Shown in pieces: positions 1 through 9,501 of a DNA stretch of 32,000 bases. Under the pieces are notes generated by a model. It made no database searches, had not been told where the DNA came from, and worked only from the letters and a program-made list of their open reading frames with translations. The translations under genes were made by a program, and so were the position numbers. The stretch is from an uncultured Candidatus Saccharibacteria bacterium (lineage in GTDB: Bacteria; Patescibacteriota; Minisyncoccia; UBA6257; UBA11618), in the NCBI GenBank assembly GCA_964432405.1, contig CAYSNH010000003.1, positions 1 to 32,000 of the forward strand, written 5' to 3'. Positions within the stretch are counted from its first letter, which is position 1, and the number at the start of each line of letters is the position of its first letter.

Positions 1-8
1 TTCTTCTC

Positions 9-1691
9 CTAACGAACCAGACGATAGGCAACTGATTTAATATTATCGAGAGACTTTAATTTTTCAACAAGCTTCTCTATTTTATTTTTATCAGTCACAG
101 AACATCTGATATTAATATTTTTTAATACTCCTTTTCTGCCAACGGCAGAAACTCTGTGGTCGGTAATGTTGATATGAGATCGGGAAATCGTTTCAGATAT
201 ATCTTTCAATAAACCGATTCTATCTTCAACAGATATTCGGAGATCAACCTCTTTTGCCTCTGGAAGAAAGCTTTTCTTTTGTTGACGAAGCTTTGATCTA
301 ATATGATTGCGAGCAAAATTAGTTTTAACAAAATCCAGCCATTTTTCAGATGGCCCTTTATTTTTCTGAATAAGAATATCTACAACATCCCCAGTCTTTA
401 ATATTGTATGCAAAGGTTTATTCTCGTTATTAATTCTTGACCCTATGCAGCTATGACCAATCTCTGAATGGATTCTGTAAGCAAAATCAACGGGCGTAGA
501 GTCTTGAGGAAGATCAACAACCATTCCTTTAGGAGTGAGAACAAGAGTCCTCTCAATCAAAAGGTCTATATTAAATGATTCAATAAAATTATTAGAACCA
601 CCTGATCCCTTCCGCCAATTTTTTAACCTACTAACCCAACTCCCATTTTTTTCTTTAACTTGTTTGCCCAAATAGTTATCTTTTGGAAATTGTTTGTACA
701 ACCAATGAGCGGCAATACCATTCTCTGCTAAATTGTGCATGTCAGGAGTTCTAATTTGTATCTCAATTATCTTATTATCAGGTCCATAAATAGAAGTGTG
801 TAGGCTTTGGTAATTATTCTCTTTAGGTAGGGCGATATAATCTTTAATTCTTCCTGGTACAGGCTGCCATGCTTTATGAATAATTCCTAAAGCCGCATAA
901 CAATCTTCTATAGTAGGGACGATGCAGCGAATAGCCACTAGGTCATAGACGCTTTCTAGATCCATATCAAGCTTCTTTAATTTTCTATACAGGCTGTAAT
1001 ATCTTTTTGCTCGGGAGTCTATTTTTTGAAGCTTTATTTTATTTTTATTTAACTTCTCTTCAATTAAAGGCTTGATCATTTGAGCATAGCGTTCTCTTTC
1101 ATTATAGTGATCCTTAACATTATTCATTAGCCAATCATACTCTTGAGGATAAACATGAGGGAACGATAAGTCTTCCAATTCTCCTGCTAGTCGAAACATT
1201 CCTAATCGATAGGCTAGAGGAGCATATATTTCAATAGCTATTATGGCATGCCTTTCTTCTTTAGGAGTCATTCGATCACTTATTGATCTTAAGTTGTCTA
1301 AAAGATCGGCTAGCTTTATTAATAAAACTCTAATATCTTTGCTGGTAGCTAAAACAAATTTCCTTATATTTTCCAATTCACCTTTTTCACCTCTATAATT
1401 TACAGTCCTCAAGTTACTAGCACCGCTAACAAGAAAATGAATGTCTTTACCAAATTCTTTCCGCACTTCTTCTAATGTAACTGAGGCATGGTCAACAACA
1501 TCATGTAGCAGGGCAGCTGCTATAGCTGTGCCATCCAACCTCCACTCGGTTATAGTTCTAGCTGTTTTAACAACATGATCAAAAAAATGTTGACCATTAT
1601 ATTTTTTTTGGCCAGCATGAGTTTTTTGAGCAAAATAATAAGCTTTTTTAACCACAGGGCTATGATCAATCCAGCTCTTCAGGTTATGCAT
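9..1691 (-). CDS. rel: RelA/SpoT-homologue bifunctional (p)ppGpp synthetase/hydrolase, 560 aa
   Basis: Complete ORF. HD hydrolase motif (ALLHDVVDH), synthetase block (DLVAIRCIV..YQSLHTSI..EIQIRT), TGS domain (VLTPKGMVVDLPQDSTPVDFAYRIHSEIG) and C-terminal ACT-like segment (VEDRIGLLKDIS). Confidence 0.9.
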   Translation of the reverse strand: MHNLKSWIDHSPVVKKAYYFAQKTHAGQKKYNGQHFFDHVVKTARTITEWRLDGTAIAAALLHDVVDHASVTLEEVRKEFGKDIHFLVSGASNLRTVNYRGEKGELENIRKFVLATSKDIRVLLIKLADLLDNLRSISDRMTPKEERHAIIAIEIYAPLAYRLGMFRLAGELEDLSFPHVYPQEYDWLMNNVKDHYNERERYAQMIKPLIEEKLNKNKIKLQKIDSRAKRYYSLYRKLKKLDMDLESVYDLVAIRCIVPTIEDCYAALGIIHKAWQPVPGRIKDYIALPKENNYQSLHTSIYGPDNKIIEIQIRTPDMHNLAENGIAAHWLYKQFPKDNYLGKQVKEKNGSWVSRLKNWRKGSGGSNNFIESFNIDLLIERTLVLTPKGMVVDLPQDSTPVDFAYRIHSEIGHSCIGSRINNENKPLHTILKTGDVVDILIQKNKGPSEKWLDFVKTNFARNHIRSKLRQQKKSFLPEAKEVDLRISVEDRIGLLKDISETISRSHINITDHRVSAVGRKGVLKNINIRCSVTDKNKIEKLVEKLKSLDNIKSVAYRLVR

Positions 1692-1719
1692 ATCTTCTTT
1701 TTATCAGTATCTTCTTCTA

Positions 1720-1749
1720 TTGACAAGACTTGATTTAAATTACAATAAT
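1720..1749 (+). promoter_or_regulatory. Sigma70-type promoter for the Nudix gene (TTGACA, then AATAAT after an 18-nt spacer or TACAAT after a 15-nt spacer)
   Basis: TTGACA at 1720-1725 and AT-rich -10 candidates at 1741-1749. Near-duplicate of the nusA promoter at 2405-2433. Confidence 0.45.
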
Positions 1750-1799
1750 TAATTAAGCACATTTTTATTTTTTGGTGGTAGAAAGAAAGGAACTGTGAC

Positions 1800-2363
1800 A
1801 TGAGGTCAGCGGAAACGGAGTCTGCGAAGAAGAAGGTGGTAGGCTTGCTGTGTTTTACGGAGTTACCGACGGAGAAAGGAGGAGGACTTGCGGCGATTCT
1901 TCAAGTTCGTGGATCTCACAATCACGAACGAGAAGGGCCCGAATCATTTGCCGGCGGCTGTCAGGCGACAGTTAATGGTAGTAAGATGGAAGACGAGTCT
2001 GATAGGCAAGCTCTCATTAGGGAGACGGAAGAAGAATTAGGAGAGGCCTTTTCTCTAGAGTTGCTTACCAATCCGGGTCTCGAGGATATTCGAAAGATCA
2101 ATCAGGTTGAGACGGAGCGAGTAGTAGTAGTTAACTACACTCTCATCGTTCCCTATGATTGCACACAGCAAATCAAATTGGGTCAGTCGGTCGGAGGTAT
2201 AAAATTCCTTACAGAGGCTGAATTGGCAAAGATTCAAAAGCTGGACGCATTTGATCGTGACATTGGAGTGACCGATGATGAGGTTATCGCACTCTTTGAC
2301 GATCAGATCGAAGCTCTTCAGAAGGCTTTCAAACAGCACAACATCACCACTTCCATGGCTTGA
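1800..2363 (+). CDS. Nudix-family hydrolase, 187 aa, GC-rich
   Basis: Nudix box G-x5-E-x7-RE-x-x-EE-x-G read as GSKMEDESDRQALIRETEEELGE (nt 1977-2045). SD AAAGGA about 8-9 nt upstream of the ATG. Terminator follows. 32/60 GC in 1801-1860. Confidence 0.8.
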   Translation: MRSAETESAKKKVVGLLCFTELPTEKGGGLAAILQVRGSHNHEREGPESFAGGCQATVNGSKMEDESDRQALIRETEEELGEAFSLELLTNPGLEDIRKINQVETERVVVVNYTLIVPYDCTQQIKLGQSVGGIKFLTEAELAKIQKLDAFDRDIGVTDDEVIALFDDQIEALQKAFKQHNITTSMA

Positions 2364-2371
2364 TCATGGAG

Positions 2372-2398
2372 AGAGCGCTTTCTAAGTGCTCTTTTTTA
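2372..2398 (+). terminator. Rho-independent terminator after the Nudix gene
   Basis: Stem AGAGCGC/GTGCTCT (7 bp including one G-U), 7-nt loop, followed by TTTTTT. Confidence 0.6.
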
Positions 2399-2404
2399 TT
2401 TGTT

Positions 2405-2433
2405 TTGACAAGATTTATTTAAAGTACTATAAT
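2405..2433 (+). promoter_or_regulatory. Consensus sigma70 promoter of the nusA operon
   Basis: TTGACA (2405-2410), exact 17-nt spacer, TATAAT (2428-2433). Confidence 0.7.
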
Positions 2434-2444
2434 GGAAGTATTAA

Positions 2445-2466
2445 AAAGGTCGCCTACGCGGCCTTT
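2445..2466 (+). promoter_or_regulatory. 5'-leader hairpin of nusA mRNA (possible attenuator or stabiliser)
   Basis: 9-bp stem AAAGGTCGC/GCGGCCTTT with CTAC loop, followed by TTTAATT. Lies between the predicted TSS (about 2440) and the ATG at 2479. Confidence 0.4.
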
Positions 2467-2478
2467 AATTCTAAAAAT

Positions 2479-3741
2479 ATGTTTGATTTAAAAACTCTTA
2501 ACAACGCCGTTCAGCAAATTGCTGAAGAAAAAAACATCGAACCCAATAAAGTTATTGAGGCGATTGAGGATTCTATCGCTGCTGCTTATAAGCGTGAATA
2601 CGAAAAGAAGGGGGAGGTTGTTAAAGCTAAATTTGACAATAAAAGCGGTGATGTGAAATTTTGGCAAGTTAAAACAGTTGTCGACGAAACAACCGTTGAT
2701 ATGAGTGAGCCAGTTGAGATAGAGGAGGATGCTTCAGCAGATGATGAGGAGAAATTACCTCGATACAATGAGGATCGTCATATTTTATTAAAAGAAGCTA
2801 AAAAAATTAAAGCCACCGCTAAATTAGATGATGAAATCACCTTTCCTCTAGAAACTCATAGCGATTTTGGTAGAATTGCTGCCCAAACAGCTAAGCAAGT
2901 TATTCTTCAAAAACTAAGAGAGGCTGAAAGAGATTCTATTCTACAAGAATTTAAAGATAAAGAGGGTGATATTATCAGTGGTGTTGTGCAGCGTTTTGAG
3001 CGAGGCAATGTTTACATTGATCTTGGTCGAGCTACAGGAATCATGTTTTATAACGAATCCATTCCTGGTGAGCATTATCGATCTGGCGATCGACTTAAAT
3101 TTTACGTGACCGATATTCAAGAAGATTCTCGAACCCCAGGAATCATCCTTTCTCGATCACATCCTAAATTTGTTAGCAAGCTTTTTGCTATGGAGGTTCC
3201 AGAAATAGCTGATGAGACCGTTGAGGTTAAAGCTATCTCTCGAGAAGCTGGTAGTAGGACGAAGTTCGCAGTCTTTTCTAGTGTAGAGGGTATAGATCCA
3301 GTTGGTTCCTGTGTTGGTCAGCGAGGAATGAGGGTAATGGCGGTCAGTAATGAGTTGGGTCAAGAGAAATTAGATATTATTGAATGGTCTGAAGACCCAG
3401 CTACTTTTATAGCTAACTCTTTATCACCAGCTAAGGTAAAAATGGTAGAGATATTGCCTAAGAGAGAGGCTCAAGCCTTTGTTGCTGATGATCAACTCAG
3501 TTTAGCCATCGGAAAAGGTGGACAAAACGTCCGTTTAGCGGCTAAAATAACCGGATGGAAAATAGACGTTCGTTCTCAGAGTAATCCAGAAGAGGTTCAG
3601 GAGAGTGGTGTTGCTGATGCAGTAGATGAGCAGTCAAAAGAAGTAAGGGTAGAGGAAGAACAAGTAGGACCTGAAAAAGAGAAGGAGGTTGAAGTCGAGA
3701 AAATTCCTTCTGCAGAAGCGGAAGATAAAAAAGAAGAATAA
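2479..3741 (+). CDS. nusA: Transcription termination/antitermination factor NusA
   Basis: Start moved to the internal ATG (MFDLKTLNNAVQQIAEEKNI), downstream of the consensus promoter. S1 domain, KH domains (SLAIGKGGQNVRLAAKITGWKIDV) and acidic C-terminal tail. Confidence 0.9.
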   Translation: MFDLKTLNNAVQQIAEEKNIEPNKVIEAIEDSIAAAYKREYEKKGEVVKAKFDNKSGDVKFWQVKTVVDETTVDMSEPVEIEEDASADDEEKLPRYNEDRHILLKEAKKIKATAKLDDEITFPLETHSDFGRIAAQTAKQVILQKLREAERDSILQEFKDKEGDIISGVVQRFERGNVYIDLGRATGIMFYNESIPGEHYRSGDRLKFYVTDIQEDSRTPGIILSRSHPKFVSKLFAMEVPEIADETVEVKAISREAGSRTKFAVFSSVEGIDPVGSCVGQRGMRVMAVSNELGQEKLDIIEWSEDPATFIANSLSPAKVKMVEILPKREAQAFVADDQLSLAIGKGGQNVRLAAKITGWKIDVRSQSNPEEVQESGVADAVDEQSKEVRVEEEQVGPEKEKEVEVEKIPSAEAEDKKEE

Positions 3742-3744
3742 AAT

Positions 3745-5724
3745 ATGAATATAATAAACTATTTAATTTTTACTCCAATCGTAGCCGCTATAATTTATAG
3801 TATCTATACCACTTATTGGTTGCTTAATAAGCCGACTGGTAATGAGAAGGTGCAAGAAATTGGTGGCGCTATTCAAGCAGGTGCTAAAGCTTATTTGAAT
3901 CAGCAATATCGTACTTTGACGGTGGTGATTATTGTGCTCGCCGCATTAATTTATGCATTTATTGACTCTTTGACAGCGGTAGGTTTTCTATTAGGTGCGG
4001 TTGCCTCATCTGTTACTGGTTATATTGGTATGAATGTGGCCGTGCGAGCGAATACTCGAACAGCAGAGGCTGCTCGAAAGGGAATTAGCCCTTCATTAGC
4101 AATCGCTTTTAGGTCTGGTTCGGTAACTGGATTTCTCGTGGTTGCTTTAGGGTTGTTATCTGTAACAGGATTTTATTTAGCTACTGATAGCATTAGTTCT
4201 ATCGTTGGTCTTGGTTTTGGTGCGAGTTTAATTTCTATCTTTGCGCGTGTTGGCGGAGGTATTTTTACTAAAGCCGCTGATGTTGGTGCTGATTTAGTTG
4301 GTAAGGTGGAGGCTGGTATTCCAGAAGATGATCCTCGTAATCCAGCTGTTATCGCTGACAATGTTGGTGACAACGTTGGTGATGTGGCAGGTATGGGAGC
4401 CGACCTTTTTGAATCATACGTAGGTTCTTTAATAGCGGCTATGATTTTAGGATCGGTTGCAGTAGCAACTTTTGGTGCTAACGTTGTTCTATTTCCACTC
4501 ATGTTAGCTGGTCTTGGTATTGCAGCTAGTATCGTGGGAGTATTTTTAGTTAGAACTTCTGATCCTAATAAAATTAGCAAGGCTATGCACAACGGTATCT
4601 TTACCGCCGCCATTCTTTTTGCTGGAGGAGCTTACTTTCTCTCCAATAAGTTTATTGAAGGAGAGCCACTTAATATTTTTTGGTCAGTTATCACTGGTTT
4701 GGTAGCTGGTCTTCTAATTGGATTAATCACCAACTACTACACTTCTAGTGAGTTTAGTCCTACCCGAGAAATTGCCGAGGCTTCTAAAACTGGTTCAGCT
4801 ACTAATATTATTAGCGGCCTCTCTTACGGCATGATGTCTACCATCGCTCCAGTAGTTATTGTAGTAGCTACTATTCTTCTAGCGACTTGGTTAGCAGGTG
4901 TTTATGGTATTGCTGTCGCTGCAGTGGGCATGCTCGCAACTCTTGGCATTACTTTGGCTTCTGATACTTATGGACCAGTGGCTGATAATGCAGCTGGTAT
5001 TGCTGAGATGGCTGGCATGGGTGCTGATGTGAGGAAGACAGCTGAAACTTTAGATGCAGTTGGTAATACCACCGCCGCCATCGGCAAAGGATTTGCCATT
5101 GGGTCTGCCGCTCTAACATCATTAGCCTTGCTCGTATCCTTCTTTAAAGTTGCTGGCTTAGAAGTTGTTAACTTAGGTGACCCGGTAGTAATCGCTGGTC
5201 TATTTATCGGTGGTGTAATGCCATTCTTATTCTCCGCTATGACAATGAAAGCTGTTGGTAAGGCGGCAATGAAGATTGTTAATGAGGTTCGTCGCCAATT
5301 TAAAGAGATTCCTGGCTTGATGGAAGGTGGTGGGAAGCCTGATTATAATAAGGCTGTTTCCATCGCTACCGATGCAGCTCTTCGTGAAATGATCCTACCC
5401 GGATTCTTGGCCGTTATTATTCCCGTGGCTGTTGGGTTTGGTTTTGGTGATCAAGGAGCTGAGGCTTTAGTCGGCTTGCTTATAGGAGCTCTTATTACCG
5501 GCTTCTTAATGGCTGTTATGATGGCTAACGCTGGTGGTGCTTGGGATAATGCCAAGAAATACATTGAAGAGGGTAATCTTGGAGGCAAGGGTTCTGCTAC
5601 TCATAAAGCCGCTGTTGTTGGTGATACGGTGGGAGATCCATTTAAAGATACCTCTGGACCAAGTCTTAATATTCTAATCAAGATTGTCAGCATTGTGGCT
5701 CTGATAATCGCTCCTCTACTCTAA
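3745..5724 (+). CDS. hppA: Membrane-integral pyrophosphate-energised cation pump (H+/Na+-PPase), K+-dependent type
   Basis: 659 aa, polytopic. Signature motifs [47 protein letters not shown] and [10 protein letters not shown]. Confidence 0.93.
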   Translation: MNIINYLIFTPIVAAIIYSIYTTYWLLNKPTGNEKVQEIGGAIQAGAKAYLNQQYRTLTVVIIVLAALIYAFIDSLTAVGFLLGAVASSVTGYIGMNVAVRANTRTAEAARKGISPSLAIAFRSGSVTGFLVVALGLLSVTGFYLATDSISSIVGLGFGASLISIFARVGGGIFTKAADVGADLVGKVEAGIPEDDPRNPAVIADNVGDNVGDVAGMGADLFESYVGSLIAAMILGSVAVATFGANVVLFPLMLAGLGIAASIVGVFLVRTSDPNKISKAMHNGIFTAAILFAGGAYFLSNKFIEGEPLNIFWSVITGLVAGLLIGLITNYYTSSEFSPTREIAEASKTGSATNIISGLSYGMMSTIAPVVIVVATILLATWLAGVYGIAVAAVGMLATLGITLASDTYGPVADNAAGIAEMAGMGADVRKTAETLDAVGNTTAAIGKGFAIGSAALTSLALLVSFFKVAGLEVVNLGDPVVIAGLFIGGVMPFLFSAMTMKAVGKAAMKIVNEVRRQFKEIPGLMEGGGKPDYNKAVSIATDAALREMILPGFLAVIIPVAVGFGFGDQGAEALVGLLIGALITGFLMAVMMANAGGAWDNAKKYIEEGNLGGKGSATHKAAVVGDTVGDPFKDTSGPSLNILIKIVSIVALIIAPLL

Positions 5725-5726
5725 CT

Positions 5727-6938
5727 ATGAAACATACAATTAATAAAAAGCCTGGCTCAATAATAGAGCTGGGCGTTGAACTAACTAAAGATGAATTTCA
5801 GGAGTATTGGCAAAAAGCTTCTGATCAAGCTGCCTCAAAGGTAGATCTTAAAGGTTTTCGTAAAGGTCATGTTCCTAAAGAATTAGCCGAACAATCAATT
5901 GATAAAGAAAAGGTTTTTGAAGTAGCTGCTCAAGAAGCGGTTCGTTCAAGTTTAAATAGCTTAGTTAAAGAAAACGAGTGGACTTTAGTATCTCAGCCGG
6001 AGATAGAGATCACCTCCAGTGTTGATGGATTAAAATATAAAGGAATAATAACAACCTTTCCTGAAGTTAAGCTCGGTGATTATAAAAAAATTGCTGCTAA
6101 TGAAATGAAAGAAGCTAAAGCCAAATTAGAGAGTGTGAAAGTTGAGGAAGATGAGGTTGAAAAATCTCTTGAGTGGCTTCGCAATTCTAGATCTCAAATT
6201 ACAGCTGTTAATAGAGAAGCTAAAAAAGGCGATGTAGTTAAAATTGATTACGAGGTTAATGGTGAAAAAAGCTCTGACCAGTTTGTTTTAGGGGAGGGTA
6301 AGTTCTTGCCTGGTTTTGAGGCTAATATTATAGATCACAAGGCTGGTGATGAAGAGTCTTTTCAATTAACCATTCCAGAGGATTATTGGAAAGAAGATAT
6401 GCGTGGCAAGAAGCTTGATTTCAAAGTTAATTTAAAAGAGGTTTTTGAAAGAAAAGTGCCAGAAATGGATGATAAATTTGCAGAGGCTTTAGGAAAGTTC
6501 AAAACCGTTGCCGAACTGAAGGAAAATGTTAAGAAGGGTATTCTTGATGAGAAGCAAGCTCAAGCAAAAGAAAAAGCTCATATCAAAATAATTGATGAGG
6601 TGGTTAGCGCCTCTGAAATTGAGCCACCTCAGGTTATGATCGACAGAACTCTTGATGGTCTAGTTAAGGAATCAGAAGCTACCTGGAAGAATAGTGGTAA
6701 GTCTGAGGAGGAGGTTAGAAAAGATCTTGAGCCAACTGCTAAGAAAAGAGTTTTATCTCATTTGGTGATTTATAAAATAGCTGAGCAAGAAAATCTTAAT
6801 CCAACAGAGGAAGATTTAAAACAAGAAATTCAAAAATATAATCACGAGCAAATCTCACTTGATAATCAGAAATTTTATGATTACATTTATGGCGTAATAC
6901 AAAATAAAAAAGTTTTTGAATTTTTTAATAATCAATAA
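5727..6938 (+). CDS. tig: Trigger factor
   Basis: 403 aa. N-terminal ribosome-binding signature GFRKGHVP. Conserved tig-clpP order. Confidence 0.85.
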   Translation: MKHTINKKPGSIIELGVELTKDEFQEYWQKASDQAASKVDLKGFRKGHVPKELAEQSIDKEKVFEVAAQEAVRSSLNSLVKENEWTLVSQPEIEITSSVDGLKYKGIITTFPEVKLGDYKKIAANEMKEAKAKLESVKVEEDEVEKSLEWLRNSRSQITAVNREAKKGDVVKIDYEVNGEKSSDQFVLGEGKFLPGFEANIIDHKAGDEESFQLTIPEDYWKEDMRGKKLDFKVNLKEVFERKVPEMDDKFAEALGKFKTVAELKENVKKGILDEKQAQAKEKAHIKIIDEVVSASEIEPPQVMIDRTLDGLVKESEATWKNSGKSEEEVRKDLEPTAKKRVLSHLVIYKIAEQENLNPTEEDLKQEIQKYNHEQISLDNQKFYDYIYGVIQNKKVFEFFNNQ

Positions 6939-6940
6939 GC

Positions 6941-7540
6941 ATGAATAAAGAAACTCAAAACTATCTTATTCCTACAGTAGTTGAAAAATCAGCTAATGGT
7001 GAAAGAGCTTACGACATATATTCTCGATTACTTAAAGAGAGGATTATCTTTTTAGCTGGACCAGTAACTGATGCTTTAGCTAATACGGTTATCGCTCAAC
7101 TTCTATTCTTAGAGCACCAGGATCCTAAAAAGGATATTAAGCTTTACATCAACACTCCTGGAGGATCGGTTACTGCCGGAATGGCTATTTATGATACCAT
7201 GCAATATGTTAAACCGGATGTTCATACTATCTGTATCGGCTTAGCTGCCTCTATGGGAGCCGTTTTACTAGCTTCTGGTACCAAGGGTAAAAGAAGCGCT
7301 CTTCCTAACTCTGAGGTCATGCTACACCAGGTTATGGGAGGTGCTGAGGGTCAGGCTGTTGATATTGACATCGCTGCTAGGCACATCTTAAAGATCAAGG
7401 ATAAGCTGAATCATATTTTGGTCAATCACACAGGTCAATCTTTTTCTAAAATAGAAAAGGACACTGATAGGGACTTTTATCTTTCTGCTGAGGAGGCTAA
7501 AAAATATGGTCTTGTAGACGAGATTGTTAGTAAGGGCTAA
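6941..7540 (+). CDS. clpP: ATP-dependent Clp protease proteolytic subunit
   Basis: 199 aa. ERIIFL, catalytic Ser context GLAASMGA, His context MLHQ. Confidence 0.95.
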   Translation: MNKETQNYLIPTVVEKSANGERAYDIYSRLLKERIIFLAGPVTDALANTVIAQLLFLEHQDPKKDIKLYINTPGGSVTAGMAIYDTMQYVKPDVHTICIGLAASMGAVLLASGTKGKRSALPNSEVMLHQVMGGAEGQAVDIDIAARHILKIKDKLNHILVNHTGQSFSKIEKDTDRDFYLSAEEAKKYGLVDEIVSKG

Positions 7541-7551
7541 AATATATTCAT

Positions 7552-8694
7552 ATGCCTATTTCTAATAAAGAACTTCTTTCTCGAGGCGTCGAGGAGGTTA
7601 TTAATAAGACTGACTTACAAAAACAAATTAAGTCCAAGAAGATAAGGGTTAAGTTGGGAATCGATCCTACCGCCCCCGATCTTCATCTTGGTCATCTTGT
7701 TGCCTTAAGAAAACTTAAACAGTTTCAAGATGCTGGTCACAAGGTTGTTTTAATTATAGGTGACTTCACAGCTATGATTGGTGATCCAACTGACAGAGTT
7801 GGTGCTCGTGAATCTTTAACTTCGGCTCAAGTAAAGAAAAATATGAGACACTACCTTGATCAAGCGGGAAAGATTCTTAATTTAAAAAAAGTTGAGATTA
7901 AACATAATAGCCAATGGTTTAAAAAAATAGATTTCAAAAATCTTTTAGACCTCATGTCCTCCTTTACAGTTCAGCAACTAATAGAGAGAGAGGATTTTTC
8001 AAAAAGGATTAAAGAGGGAAAGCCGGTTAGTTACCATGAATTAATATATCCTATTATGCAGGCTTATGACTCAGTAGTCGTTAAGGCTGATTTAGAAATT
8101 GGCGGAAGAGATCAGCGATTAAATATTTTAGCTGGTAGAGATTTGATGAGTAAGTCAGACATGAAGCCACAGAACGTTCTTACCCTTCCTTTATTAGAAG
8201 GAACTGACGGAAAAAGAAAGATGAGTAAGAGTTTTGATAATTACATCGGCATCAGTGATAAGCCTAATGATATGTTTGGCAAGATAATGTCTATCCCCGA
8301 CTCTTTAATGCCAAAGTATTTTGAATTACTAACGGACCTTAAAATGCCAAGGTCTAAGGATGGGCGTAAAAATAAGCTGTTACTTGCTAAAACTATCACA
8401 GCAACTTTGCATAATAAAAAAATGGCTGATAAGGCCGAGGATCATTTTATTAAAGTTTTTTCTAAAAAAGAACAACCAACCGATATTGTTAAGTTAAAAA
8501 TAAAAGCTAAGAAAATTAATTTAGTAGACTTATTGATCAAGGCGGGCGTTAAGAGTAAGAGTGAGGCAAGGCGCTTGATTGATCAGGGAGGTGTTAGGAT
8601 TGACAAAGAAGTTAAAAAAGGGTATAATACTAAGACTTCAATCAAAGGAGGATCTGTCCTTCAGATTGGGAAGCGAAAGTTCTTTGAATTGTAG
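7552..8694 (+). CDS. tyrS: Tyrosine--tRNA ligase
   Basis: HIGH motif (DLHLGH), KMSKS present verbatim, C-terminal S4-like domain (SKSEARRLIDQGGVRID). Confidence 0.9.
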   Translation: MPISNKELLSRGVEEVINKTDLQKQIKSKKIRVKLGIDPTAPDLHLGHLVALRKLKQFQDAGHKVVLIIGDFTAMIGDPTDRVGARESLTSAQVKKNMRHYLDQAGKILNLKKVEIKHNSQWFKKIDFKNLLDLMSSFTVQQLIEREDFSKRIKEGKPVSYHELIYPIMQAYDSVVVKADLEIGGRDQRLNILAGRDLMSKSDMKPQNVLTLPLLEGTDGKRKMSKSFDNYIGISDKPNDMFGKIMSIPDSLMPKYFELLTDLKMPRSKDGRKNKLLLAKTITATLHNKKMADKAEDHFIKVFSKKEQPTDIVKLKIKAKKINLVDLLIKAGVKSKSEARRLIDQGGVRIDKEVKKGYNTKTSIKGGSVLQIGKRKFFEL

Positions 8695-8832
8695 GAGTTA
8701 GTCAGTGACAAGCGAAAGATTTATCATGATCGTCACTTTCATCAGCATTCTTTTTTTGGTTATGGATGTCCTTAGCGAAAGAAAAGGTTGATGGAACATC
8801 TCTCACGTAGCTCTAGATGAAAAGGAAGGCCA

Positions 8833-9099
8833 ATGTTTACCGAGCTTGAAAGTAGAGTAAGAGTGTCTCTGATCCTCAATCCAAATCATGGAGCGATTGT
8901 TGTTACAACTTTCGAGGATCTGGATACTAGCTTTATTCCAATGGGATCTGAAGAGCTGGCTTACGAGGTCACAAAGAAAAAGTATCCTCTGGCCAATGGA
9001 GCTGCCTTGCGTGCTCCAGAGGTGGCTGAGATGACAGAAAGAATGAAAAGAGAGACAGCTCCAAAGATCGAAAATGGAACTTATAGATCTGGCAACTGA
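8833..9099 (+). CDS. Hypothetical acidic protein, 88 aa, GC-rich
   Basis: SD AAAGGAAGG upstream of the ATG and a strong terminator 17 nt after the stop. The plus-strand translation is protein-like, whereas the antisense ORF 8803-9195 is low-complexity and runs into a tRNA. Confidence 0.5.
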   Translation: MFTELESRVRVSLILNPNHGAIVVTTFEDLDTSFIPMGSEELAYEVTKKKYPLANGAALRAPEVAEMTERMKRETAPKIENGTYRSGN

Positions 9100-9115
9100 G
9101 AGTTGGTTCAAGATC

Positions 9116-9147
9116 ATCCCCCTTATAATCGTATAAGGGGGATTTTT
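9116..9147 (+). terminator. Rho-independent terminator
   Basis: 12-bp perfect stem ATCCCCCTTATA/TATAAGGGGGAT, ATCG loop, then TTTTT. Confidence 0.7.
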
Positions 9148-9153
9148 AATTTG

Positions 9154-9225
9154 AGCAGGAGACGGGGATCGAACCCGCGACCTTCTCGTTGGCAACGAGA
9201 TGTTCTACCACTGAACTACTCCTGC
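9154..9225 (-). tRNA. tRNA-Gly (anticodon GCC), no encoded CCA
   Basis: Hand-folded cloverleaf. Acceptor GCAGGAG/CTCCTGC, anticodon arm TCTCG-TTGCCAA-CGAGA, T-loop GTTCGATC. Confidence 0.9.
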
Positions 9226-9227
9226 TT

Positions 9228-9443
9228 TTAATTTTGAGGCGGTGCTTCGGTTGGTCCTTTAACGTTAGGAGGGCCGGTAGGGCCTTCAAAGTTCTTTTGG
9301 GAGCTTTCAGGACCTTGGAAGTCTGATTCTGGAGTTGGTTGAGGCGCAGAAGAAAAGGGAAAGAAAAATACCGTATAGCTAAGAATAAAAACTAAAATCA
9401 AAAAAACAACTACTACTATTTTGAACACCTCCTTTTTCTTCAT
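9228..9443 (-). CDS. Small single-pass membrane protein with Pro-rich tail, 71 aa
   Basis: N-terminal hydrophobic helix (IVVVVFLILVFILSYTVFFF) and a Pro/Gly-rich C-terminus. Own promoter. The stop codon lies 2 nt from the tRNA-Gly 5' end. Confidence 0.5.
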   Translation of the reverse strand: MKKKEVFKIVVVVFLILVFILSYTVFFFPFSSAPQPTPESDFQGPESSQKNFEGPTGPPNVKGPTEAPPQN

Positions 9444-9451
9444 ACCTTTCT

Positions 9452-9479
9452 ATTATATATAAAATATTGCTTTTGACAA
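9452..9479 (-). promoter_or_regulatory. Promoter TTGTCA-16-TATAAT, with the -10 only 8 nt from the ATG
   Basis: Read on the minus strand. -10 at 9452-9457, -35 at 9474-9479. Confidence 0.45.
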
Positions 9480-9501
9480 TAAATAAGATAAAAGTGAATG
9501 T

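Noticed and set aside
2386-2478. N-terminal extensions given by the ORF track: nusA from 2386, methyltransferase from 13559 (TTG), the 9577 ORF from 10056, the 15287 ORF from 15694, gam from 17855 (TTG), and dcd from 23681
   Set aside because: The extensions overlap promoters, terminators or tRNA genes and add non-homologous residues. The internal ATGs coincide with the conserved protein N-termini and, where present, with SD sequences.
4173-4613. 146-aa antisense ORF inside hppA. Similar antisense or out-of-frame ORFs occur at 2055-2339, 2586-2768, 3157-3363, 9863-10084, 10712-10954, 12810-13073, 13121-13315, 14679-14906, 17479-17661, 17747-18127, 20026-20638, 21010-21252, 22869-23108, 24307-24534, 24964-25182, 25485-25698, 27236-27466 and 28097-28303.
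   Set aside because: All lie within confidently identified genes on the other strand or in another frame. They have low-complexity or biased composition and no promoter or SD.
8803-9195. 130-aa minus-strand ORF
   Set aside because: Its N-terminus is the tRNA-Gly sequence itself. The rest is antisense to the better-supported 88-aa ORF and has Ser/Cys/His/Trp-rich junk composition.
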